Shown here: piece after piece, positions 25,046 through 32,000 of the stretch | How positions within the stretch are numbered: the stretch's first letter is position 1 | How the letters are laid out: each line of letters begins with the position of its first letter | Assembly: GCF_001458695.1 (NCBI RefSeq) | Contig: NZ_LN885086.1 | Span: 1,320,001 to 1,352,000 of the forward strand | Direction: 5' to 3' | Source: Candidatus Nitrospira inopinata | GTDB lineage: Bacteria; Nitrospirota; Nitrospiria; Nitrospirales; Nitrospiraceae | DNA length: 32,000 nt | Translations under genes and position numbers: made by a program | Notes under the pieces: model-generated | What the model saw: only the letters and a program-made list of their open reading frames with translations | The model's database searches: none | Told to the model about the DNA's origin: nothing

Positions 25046-25835
25046 CTGTTCGATACCCCTCCAAATCCAGGGTGACGAATCCAAAGCCAAGCCCCTTCAG
25101 GGCGGAGCTGATTCTTTTACAGCGTTCGGGATCAAGGAAAGAGGCCATTTCCTCAAGATCGACCTCGATTCTGGCGACGTTGTCATGATCTCGAACGCGA
25201 ACGTGCCGGAATCCTTCCTTGTAGAGAAAAGCTTCGGCTTGCTCGATTCGGCCGAGTGTTTCGATGGTGATCGGTGTGCCGCGTGGAATTCTGGATGAAA
25301 GACAGGCGGCCGCCGGTTTGTTCCAATTGGAAAGCCCAAGCTCTTTGGCAAGGGCTCGAATGTCGGCTTTTGACAGGCCGGCGTCCACGAGCGGGCTGCG
25401 GACCCCCCATTCACGAGCCGCTGTGATGCCGGGCCGATCGTCCGAGAGATCGTCCAGGTTGGTGCCGTCAATGATCTGGGCGCCGGAGCCGGCTTGCCGC
25501 AGAGTTCCCATCAATTGATAGAGATCCGACTTGCAGTGAAAGCAGCGGGTCGCGTCGTTTCTGACGAACTCCGGTATCTTCAATTGATCCGTCTGCACGA
25601 TTGTGTGACGCGCGCCGATCTCCTCGGCGACACGTCGGGCCTGTTCGAGCTCGATGGCGGGAAATGTGGGAGACACGGCCGTGACACCGATCGCCTTGTC
25701 GCCAAGCTGCTCGTGGGCGACTTTCAGGAGGAAGGTGCTGTCGATGCCGCCCGAATAGGCCACCAACACGGAGCCCATGTCGGACAGGAAGGTTCGGAGA
25801 CGGACGAGTTTGCGCTGAAGGTCCTCGCCGCGCAT
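25026..25835 (-). CDS. larE: PP-loop ATP pyrophosphatase of the LarE (TIGR00268-type) sulfur transferase family
   Basis: The PP-loop is VAYSGGIDSTFLL. Conserved Cys context is AACLSSRIP (C178) plus CFHC (C98, C101). The C-terminal part is ARIEV...FVTLDLEGYRTG. 269 aa. Confidence 0.75.
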   Translation of the reverse strand: MRGEDLQRKLVRLRTFLSDMGSVLVAYSGGIDSTFLLKVAHEQLGDKAIGVTAVSPTFPAIELEQARRVAEEIGARHTIVQTDQLKIPEFVRNDATRCFHCKSDLYQLMGTLRQAGSGAQIIDGTNLDDLSDDRPGITAAREWGVRSPLVDAGLSKADIRALAKELGLSNWNKPAAACLSSRIPRGTPITIETLGRIEQAEAFLYKEGFRHVRVRDHDNVARIEVDLEEMASFLDPERCKRISSALKGLGFGFVTLDLEGYRTGGVSLR

Positions 25836-25860
25836 GTCCCGCTCCCGTGGCGAAGGTATG

Positions 25861-27273
25861 CTACTGGCGCACTTTCGCTTTGGCGATATCGCCGACGACG
25901 ACGAGCGCGTAATGCCGGGGGTTGAGATATTGTTTGGCCACCCGCTGCACGTCTTCCTTGGTCACGCGCTCGATCCACTTCGGATACTGAGTCAAGTAGT
26001 CAAATCCTAGCCCGAAAAACTCCACCTGCGCCAGCAGGCGCGCGAGCTTCGCCGTCGTATCAAAGCGCAGGGGAAAGCTCCCCATGAGGAACGATTTGGC
26101 GTCGGCAAGTTCCTGATCGCTCACCGGCGCATCGCGCAGGGCCTTGATCTCGGCCAACACTCCGCTGACCGCCTGGTTCGTCGTGTCCGTCTTGGTCTGA
26201 AGACTCACCCAGAATGAGCCGGACATCGCCCGAGCGTCGTAATGGCTCGTGATGCCGTAGGCCAGTCCTTGTTTATCTCGGATGGTGTCCATGAGCCGGG
26301 ACGAAAATCCTCCCGCCCCGAGGATATGGTTCATGACCGTGATCGCGTAAAAGTCCGGATTCGTCCGACTGACGCCTCCGTGACCGAGCACGATCGTGGA
26401 TTGGGTCAAGTCTTTGTCGATGAGCCGGACGATCTTCTTGTCGATGACAGGCGGTTTCTTGCTCGATCGAGCGGGCGCCGGCCCCGGCTTCCAGGCGCCG
26501 AAATGGGAATGGACGAGCGCCGTCGCCTGCTCCACAGTGATGTCGCCCACGACGACGAGAATCGTTTGGTTGGGGAGATACTCCCTCGCGTAAAAATTTT
26601 TGACGTCGCGCAACTCAATGCGAGGCAGCGTCTCTTCCAAACCGATGACCGGCCATTGATAGGGATGATGCTGAAACACCACTTGATTGAACGTTTTCAT
26701 GGCGAGGCGGCCGGGATCGTCGTTCTCGCCGGCGATTTCTCCCGCAATCTGACCGCGAACTCGTTCGAATTCCCGCTGAGGGAACGTCGGATGCAGCAAA
26801 ACGTCCGAGAGAATCGAAAAGCCGAACTCGGCGTCTTTCTTGAGCACGCGAACCGAAGCGGTCGTAAAGTCTTCGGCGGCGGCGATCTCCAGCGAGCCCC
26901 CGACGAAATCGATCTGCTCGGCCAGTTGCTTCGATGATCGGGTCGTCGTGCCTTCGTCCAGCAGACTGGCCGTCAAATTCGCCAGGCCCGCCTTTTCCGG
27001 CGGATCGTGAGCGGAGCCGGTCTTGATCAGGGCGTGGATTTCAACGATGGGCAGATCATGTTGTTCGAGCACCACCAGCGTCATTCCGTTGGGGGTGACG
27101 GTCTTGATCGGGGAAAGCTCCGCGGCAAAGCCGGAACTTGCTCCGGCGAAGAGGACTATGGTCGCGCACAATCCGGCGATCTTTCCGGCGATCTTCAGGA
27201 TCCTGCCCATGCCGAACGCAGGGGCCTCCGGGTTTGAACAGGGACGTCCGAGAGTCGGGCGATGGCGAGACAT
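25861..27273 (-). CDS. M16-family peptidase-like protein, catalytically inactive-type subunit (no HxxEH)
   Basis: Insulinase-fold length and layout. Where its neighbour has HMLEH, this protein has NLTAS (26965..26979). The signal peptide is GRILKIAGKIAGLCATIVLFAGASSGFA. An alternative ATG start lies at 27210. Confidence 0.8.
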   Translation of the reverse strand: MSRHRPTLGRPCSNPEAPAFGMGRILKIAGKIAGLCATIVLFAGASSGFAAELSPIKTVTPNGMTLVVLEQHDLPIVEIHALIKTGSAHDPPEKAGLANLTASLLDEGTTTRSSKQLAEQIDFVGGSLEIAAAEDFTTASVRVLKKDAEFGFSILSDVLLHPTFPQREFERVRGQIAGEIAGENDDPGRLAMKTFNQVVFQHHPYQWPVIGLEETLPRIELRDVKNFYAREYLPNQTILVVVGDITVEQATALVHSHFGAWKPGPAPARSSKKPPVIDKKIVRLIDKDLTQSTIVLGHGGVSRTNPDFYAITVMNHILGAGGFSSRLMDTIRDKQGLAYGITSHYDARAMSGSFWVSLQTKTDTTNQAVSGVLAEIKALRDAPVSDQELADAKSFLMGSFPLRFDTTAKLARLLAQVEFFGLGFDYLTQYPKWIERVTKEDVQRVAKQYLNPRHYALVVVGDIAKAKVRQ

Positions 27274-27282
27274 GCGTCGAAC

Positions 27283-28686
27283 CTATGACCGGCGATGGGG
27301 GGTCGGCACGGAAGAGGAAGACTGCTGTTGCTTTGGAGGGACCGGCACGAGAATGCCCACGGTTCGATTGTCCGCGTTGAGATAGCGCCTGGCGACACGC
27401 TGAATATCCTGCGGAGTGACGGAGCGGATACGTTCCAGGAATTGGTTTCCCCACCGCCAGCCGGCGCCGACGGTTTCGGCTTCCCCGAGCATCATGGCGC
27501 GGCGGAAATTTGAATCTTGCTCGAAGACATGGGCGGCTTCCAGTTGATTCTTGGCCCGTTGCAACTCGACCTCGGTCGGAAGTTCTTTCTGCAGACGGGC
27601 GACCTCGCGCAGCAGGGCTTCTTCGACCGCCTCGGTCTTCGCGCCGGGGCTGACCACCGAGTAGCAATAAAAGAGGCCGGGATCCGCTTGCATCGGATTA
27701 TAGTCCGCGCCGACCGCGAGCGCGCTCTTCTGTTCGTACACCAGGCTTTGATACAGTCGCGAGCTTTTTCCCTTCGACAACATCGTTTCAAGCAGGCTGA
27801 GGGCGTAGGAATCTTCGCTGGAATGGTTGGGGACATGAAACCCCATCATGACGAAGGGGAGCTGCGCCTCTCGTTTCAGAACAAACCGCCGTTCACCCCG
27901 TTGAGGAGGTTCTTCGGAGAGCGTCGGGTTGGGAGAGGGGCCTCTCGGAATCGGCTCAAAAAGAGTTTTGATGGTCTGGATCAGGACGTCCGCTTTGAAA
28001 TCGCCCGCCACGACGAGCGTGGCATTGTTGGGGGAATAATATGTATCGTAGTGGCGTTGTAAGTCTTCAAGGGACATGGCGTCCAGATCGGAAAACCACC
28101 CGATCACCGGCCAGTGATAGGGATGGCTCAAAAAAGCCTGCGCGAACAAGATCTCTACCAGGGCGCTCTGAGGGTCGTCCTCGATTCGCAACCGCCGCTC
28201 CTCTTTGACGACGTCCCGCTCCGTTTGAAACTCATGGGGATCGAGCATCAACCCCTGCATACGGTCCGCCTCGAGTTCCAAAGCCAGCTCGATGCGGTCG
28301 GCCGCCACGTTCTCGAAATACGCGGTGAAATCTTGACCGGTAAAGGCGTTGTCAATCCCGCCGTTCTTGCGTATGAGGCGGGAAAATGCGCCTTTCGGGT
28401 ACTTTGCGGTTCCTTTGAACATCATGTGCTCAAGCATGTGGGAAAGGCCGGCCCGTCCCATGACCTCGTTTCGAGAACCGACCTTGTACCAGATCTGCAC
28501 GGTGGCGACGGGCGCTTTCGGAACCTCGACCAGAAGCACCTTCATGCCGTTCGACAATAGGTGCTCATGGGGTTCGACGGCGCGTACCGGAGAGGGGGCG
28601 AGGAAAAAGAGCAACGACGTAGAGAGGCAAAGAAGCACGTGGAGATGAAAACCCGGAGAGATCATACTGAATGACGGCAGACCCAT
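27283..28686 (-). CDS. M16-family zinc metallopeptidase (active type, HxxEH)
   Basis: The inverted zinc motif GLSHMLEHMMFKGT has HMLEH at 28426..28440, with a downstream ELEADRM Glu region. The signal peptide ends at VRA|VEP. The ATG lies 1 nt after the rlmN stop. Confidence 0.88.
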   Translation of the reverse strand: MGLPSFSMISPGFHLHVLLCLSTSLLFFLAPSPVRAVEPHEHLLSNGMKVLLVEVPKAPVATVQIWYKVGSRNEVMGRAGLSHMLEHMMFKGTAKYPKGAFSRLIRKNGGIDNAFTGQDFTAYFENVAADRIELALELEADRMQGLMLDPHEFQTERDVVKEERRLRIEDDPQSALVEILFAQAFLSHPYHWPVIGWFSDLDAMSLEDLQRHYDTYYSPNNATLVVAGDFKADVLIQTIKTLFEPIPRGPSPNPTLSEEPPQRGERRFVLKREAQLPFVMMGFHVPNHSSEDSYALSLLETMLSKGKSSRLYQSLVYEQKSALAVGADYNPMQADPGLFYCYSVVSPGAKTEAVEEALLREVARLQKELPTEVELQRAKNQLEAAHVFEQDSNFRRAMMLGEAETVGAGWRWGNQFLERIRSVTPQDIQRVARRYLNADNRTVGILVPVPPKQQQSSSSVPTPHRRS

Positions 28687-28687
28687 G

Positions 28688-29767
28688 CTAACAACGGGAT
28701 TCCAAGGGTGTCAAGCAGGCCGAGCCGCCGCCCTCAGCAAGGCTCCCTAACTGTCCGCAGGCTCCCAACACGTCTCGTCCTCTGCTTTTGCGAATAAAGG
28801 CGTCGATGCCTCCCCGGCGGAGGAGGGTTTGAAAGCGGAGCACGTCACAATCCGACGGCCGTTGGAAACGGGCGCCTGGAAATTCATTGAACGGAATCAG
28901 ATTTACCTTGCAGTGCAGGCCGCGAAGCAGCGCCGTCAATCGTCGGGCGTCGGCCGGTCGATCGTTCACGCCGGCCAGCAGGACGTACTCGAACGTCAAC
29001 CGCCTGTTTGGCGACCCGTGATAGTTTCGACAGGCCGTCAACAGCGATTTGAGGGACGCAATGTCGCTGGCGGCGGGCATCAGCGCCCGGCGTTGGGCCT
29101 CGGTCGTGGCGTTGAGCGAGACGGCGAGGTTGACGCCGAGCGCCGCGACTTTTTCGAGGCGGGACGCCAATCCCGCCGTTGAAACGACGATGCGCCGGGG
29201 CGACCACCCCAGGCCCCAGGACTTGTCGGTCAAGCTCGTGACGGCAAGCTCAAGCGCCTCATAATTGGCGAGCGGTTCCCCCATCCCCATGAAGACCAGA
29301 TTGGTAATCCGTTCGTCGGCGTCCAGCCAGTCTTGAGCCGTCAGGACCTGGTCGATGATTTCATGGGCCTTGAGACTGCGGCGCAGCCCCATGGCGCCGG
29401 TCAAACAGAACGCGCAATCCAACATGCAGCCAACCTGAGTCGAGACGCACAGGGTCAAGCGATTTTCATCCGGGATCAAGACCGCCTCAATTGTCAGCCC
29501 ATCGTCCAGGGTGAGAAGCAATTTGCGCGTGCCGTCGTCGGAGGGGAGCACCGTGCAACGGGTCGCACGACGGATGACCGCGATTTCGGCCAATGTCGAG
29601 CGGTCTCGGCCGGAGAGGTCGGTCATGTCGCCGATTGCGCGCGCGCGTCGCCGGTAAAGCCAGCGCAGGATCTGTTTGGCTCGATAGGCGGGCCACCCCA
29701 GTTTATGGACGAGCTCCGCCATCTGAGATTCGGTGAGGGCGAGCAAATTGATGAGCGATTCAGGCAT
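28688..29767 (-). CDS. rlmN: 23S rRNA (adenine2503-C2)/tRNA methyltransferase, radical SAM (RlmN)
   Basis: AYRAKQILRWLY, CVSTQVGCMLDCAFCLTG (CxxxCxxC), NLVFMGMGEPL, EYVLLAGVND, KVNLIPFN and RGRDVLGACGQL. The start is trimmed to ATG 29765..29767 (MPESLINLL...). The track's extension to 29965 overlaps the divergent slt start. Confidence 0.9.
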   Translation of the reverse strand: MPESLINLLALTESQMAELVHKLGWPAYRAKQILRWLYRRRARAIGDMTDLSGRDRSTLAEIAVIRRATRCTVLPSDDGTRKLLLTLDDGLTIEAVLIPDENRLTLCVSTQVGCMLDCAFCLTGAMGLRRSLKAHEIIDQVLTAQDWLDADERITNLVFMGMGEPLANYEALELAVTSLTDKSWGLGWSPRRIVVSTAGLASRLEKVAALGVNLAVSLNATTEAQRRALMPAASDIASLKSLLTACRNYHGSPNRRLTFEYVLLAGVNDRPADARRLTALLRGLHCKVNLIPFNEFPGARFQRPSDCDVLRFQTLLRRGGIDAFIRKSRGRDVLGACGQLGSLAEGGGSACLTPLESRC

Positions 29768-29826
29768 CGGCAGTGACGTCAGTCCGTTGTGTCGGCAGAG
29801 CCTACCATAGAAAGAGCGAGTGAAAC

Positions 29827-29848
29827 CAACGTTCCTGCAACGTTCCTG
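29827..29848. repeat. Perfect tandem 11-bp direct repeat CAACGTTCCTG x2 in the rlmN/slt divergent intergenic region
   Basis: Copies at 29827..29837 and 29838..29848, read directly from the sequence. Confidence 0.9.
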
Positions 29849-29903
29849 ATGGCACAATGGCGGTGGTAAACTCCTTCTCTTCTCATCGCAACCGTATATT
29901 ATA

Positions 29904-32000
29904 ATGCCCCCTATGGCCAATCGGAGCGATCGTCTCTCGTGCCGGCTGATCCGGCGTGCCGGCATTACGCTGGGTCGGGCGGCGCTATTCGTCGTCGCGA
30001 CCGGTTTCGTTTCTCCTCTCAGCGCCTATTCGGCTCAGGCGGTGAGCGCCGATCTGCTACAGACCGACCGGTGTGAAGCGGCGGAGGACTGTTTCACGAT
30101 GGCCGCCCGGCCGAGGGAACAGTCGGGGGCCGCGCTGACGAAAGATCAGGCGGCCGCGCTGAAGCTCGAACGACTCCGTCAGGTCATGGAGCGGTTTCCG
30201 ACATCACTGGGGGCCAAGCGGGCCGGGCTGCTCTCCGGCGTCATGTTGATCGATCGGAATCCAGCCGGGGCGCTTTCCTATCTTCAAGCGGCCCAACGGG
30301 ATTTTCCGGTCATCGAGGACTATATCCGATATTGGGTCGGCGAGGCGCTGTTGTCGCTGGGCGATGCGAAGGAGGCGGCGCTTGCTTTTGAGTCGGTGTC
30401 GCAGGCCGTGCCCGATACCAATTTGCTTCCTCGAGCCGTTTTGCGCGCGGGGGAAGCCTGGTATCAGGCCTCCAGTTGTCCCGAGGCGATTGACCGGCTT
30501 ACCAGAGCGGTCGCCCTTGGTCGCAATGAGAAAGATCCCGGAATCGCCCAGGCGTGGCTTCGATTGGCGGACTGCTATCTGCGCGTGGGGCGGGCGGCCG
30601 AAGGGAAGGAGGCATTGGTAAAAGTCTGGGTTGCATTCCCTCAGACGAAGGAAGCGAAACAAGCGGAATCGCTCCTTTCGGCAGGGATCGGGGGGGAGTC
30701 ATGGGCCCCCAAACCGGAAGATTTTTATGCCAGGGCTCAAGTGTTGCTGGGGCAAGCCTTGCATAAGGAAGCCATTGAGGAACTGAAGCGGTTTCTCGCC
30801 AAAGATCCACCTGTCTCTCTTCGCAGTGAGGCCAAACTCAAGTTGGGCATTGCGCAGGTGCGACTCAAGCTCTACGAGCAGGCGCGGGAGACGTTTCAGG
30901 AGCTGGCTGGAGGACGGACGACACATTCCGGTGAGGCGACGGTGTGGTTGGCACGAGTCTATCTTCGACAGGGGCTCGGTGACAAGTTGTTGGATTTGAG
31001 CCGCAAAATCGCCAAACGGAGTCTGTCCGCCGAGCAGAAAGGACAGATCAACTTGTTCGCCGGGATCTGGCTGGAGGATCAGGCTCAGTTTGAGGAGGCG
31101 ATCGCGCAATACCGGCAGGTCGCTCAAACGGGGGAGCCAGCCGCTCAGCGTACCGAGGCGCGTTGGCGGCAAGGCTGGGTTCTCTATCGAATAGGACGAT
31201 ATCAAGCGGCGATCGACGTATGGCGGTCGATCGTCGAACGACCGAACGGCGAGTGGGAACCGCAGGTGCTCTATTGGATCGCGCGGGCTTGTGGTCACGT
31301 CGGAAACTCGAATGCACAGGAAACGTTCCAGCTCCTCTGCGATCGCTATCCCTACACCTACTATTGCCAGCTTGCGCAGGGGCGCGCGGGAATTTCCGCC
31401 ATGGCTTCTACGGATCAGGAACGACGGCCGGAGGAGGCTGCCGTCCTTCCCGCCTCGCTTCCTTCTGCTTCGCCGGATCGTGATCAAATATCGGGACAGA
31501 ATGAAACGAGTCGGTCGGAAATCGAACGGCAGCCCGCCTACCGGCGGGCTGCCGAGTTGAGGGCATTGGGGCTTGAGCAGGATGCGGTCAGAGAACTCAC
31601 GGCGTTGACGGACGCGTACGGCAATGACGCCGCTGCAGTGGCCTCGTTGTCGGTCTTGCTGAGCGAAACCGGGGCGTATCATCACGCCTTGAGGCTTGTC
31701 CGGAGCAGGTTCCGGGACAGACTGGAGCGAGGCGGCGGCGCCATCCTTGAAGATGGCTTGTGGAACGCGGCCTATCCGACGGGACTGATCTCCACAATCA
31801 GCATGCAGGGCGTGGACGGAGTCGATCCTTTCCTGGTCGCGGCTATCATCAGGGAAGAAAGTCAGTACGATTGGCGGGCGGTGTCCCGTGTGGGCGCCAT
31901 CGGGTTGATGCAGGTCATGCCGGCCACCGCCAATGAAGTGGCGCAGCGCTATCGTCTTCCCGACGTCGCGCGGGATGACCTGTTTGATCAGGAAACCAAT
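29904..32000 (+). CDS. slt: Soluble lytic murein transglycosylase (Slt70-like: signal peptide, long TPR/superhelical domain, C-terminal SLT domain); 3'-truncated by the window edge
   Basis: This frame-3 ORF is open from ATG 29904 (second ATG at 29913) to base 32000 with no stop, so it is absent from the ORF track. It starts with a signal peptide (...LFVVATGFVSPLSAYSAQA|V). Helical repeat-like segments follow (YWVGEALLSLGDAKEAALAFESV..., FYARAQVLLGQALHKEAIEELKRFL...). Near the end is the SLT catalytic motif VDPFLVAAIIREESQYDWRAVSRVGAIGLMQVMPATA. Confidence 0.88.
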   Translation, partial: MPPMANRSDRLSCRLIRRAGITLGRAALFVVATGFVSPLSAYSAQAVSADLLQTDRCEAAEDCFTMAARPREQSGAALTKDQAAALKLERLRQVMERFPTSLGAKRAGLLSGVMLIDRNPAGALSYLQAAQRDFPVIEDYIRYWVGEALLSLGDAKEAALAFESVSQAVPDTNLLPRAVLRAGEAWYQASSCPEAIDRLTRAVALGRNEKDPGIAQAWLRLADCYLRVGRAAEGKEALVKVWVAFPQTKEAKQAESLLSAGIGGESWAPKPEDFYARAQVLLGQALHKEAIEELKRFLAKDPPVSLRSEAKLKLGIAQVRLKLYEQARETFQELAGGRTTHSGEATVWLARVYLRQGLGDKLLDLSRKIAKRSLSAEQKGQINLFAGIWLEDQAQFEEAIAQYRQVAQTGEPAAQRTEARWRQGWVLYRIGRYQAAIDVWRSIVERPNGEWEPQVLYWIARACGHVGNSNAQETFQLLCDRYPYTYYCQLAQGRAGISAMASTDQERRPEEAAVLPASLPSASPDRDQISGQNETSRSEIERQPAYRRAAELRALGLEQDAVRELTALTDAYGNDAAAVASLSVLLSETGAYHHALRLVRSRFRDRLERGGGAILEDGLWNAAYPTGLISTISMQGVDGVDPFLVAAIIREESQYDWRAVSRVGAIGLMQVMPATANEVAQRYRLPDVARDDLFDQETN

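Noticed and set aside
29850-29855. TGGCAC, a sigma54 -24-like element, upstream of slt.
   Set aside because: The required -12 element (TTGC about 5 nt downstream) is absent, since the sequence continues AATGGCGGTGG.
29768-29965. 66-aa N-terminal extension of the rlmN ORF (track ORF 28688..29965).
   Set aside because: The RlmN N-terminal domain begins at MPESLINLL...AYRAKQILRWLY (ATG 29767). The extension has no similarity and overlaps the start of the divergent slt gene.
1-32000. Scan for tRNA/rRNA genes, CRISPR arrays, IS or transposase or integrase genes, toxin-antitoxin pairs, restriction-modification or other defence modules, and compositional islands.
   Set aside because: None was found. 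Every sizeable ORF has a housekeeping assignment. Intergenic gaps are at most about 220 bp, and the only AT-richer stretches are short promoter-like regions (near 8660..8710 and 29880..29905).

Overview
GC-rich bacterial chromosomal window that reads as core genome rather than an accessory island. No tRNA, rRNA, CRISPR array, transposase, integrase or recognisable defence or mobile module was found. About half the window (889..16198, minus strand) is one complete 13-gene NADH:quinone oxidoreductase (complex I) operon, nuoA-B-CD-E-F-G-H-I-J-K-L-M-N, with a fused nuoCD and a long NuoG. A MidA/NDUFAF7-family SAM methyltransferase lies 69 bp upstream on the same strand. The rest comprises: the 3' part of an M50/CBS site-2-type protease; a lipoprotein-nadB pair; an SLT-domain lytic transglycosylase; a pabB plus class-IV aminotransferase (pabC-like) pair; an F0-only ATP synthase cluster (atpZ/I-atpB-atpE-atpF) ending at a strong hairpin; a tightly packed minus-strand cluster of rlmN, an active M16 peptidase, an inactive M16 peptidase and a LarE-type PP-loop sulfur transferase; and the 5' 699 codons of an Slt70-like transglycosylase that runs off the right edge and is missing from the ORF track because it has no stop in the window. 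I do not see a convincing new multi-gene system. The best second-look items are the NDUFAF7-nuo linkage, a roughly 59-aa hydrophilic tail on NuoM, perfect direct repeats in two intergenic regulatory regions, two candidate leaderless starts, and a terminator hairpin embedded in the last codons of larE. Several long ORFs in the track are N-terminally over-extended or are antisense shadow ORFs typical of GC-rich DNA. I trimmed or rejected those.
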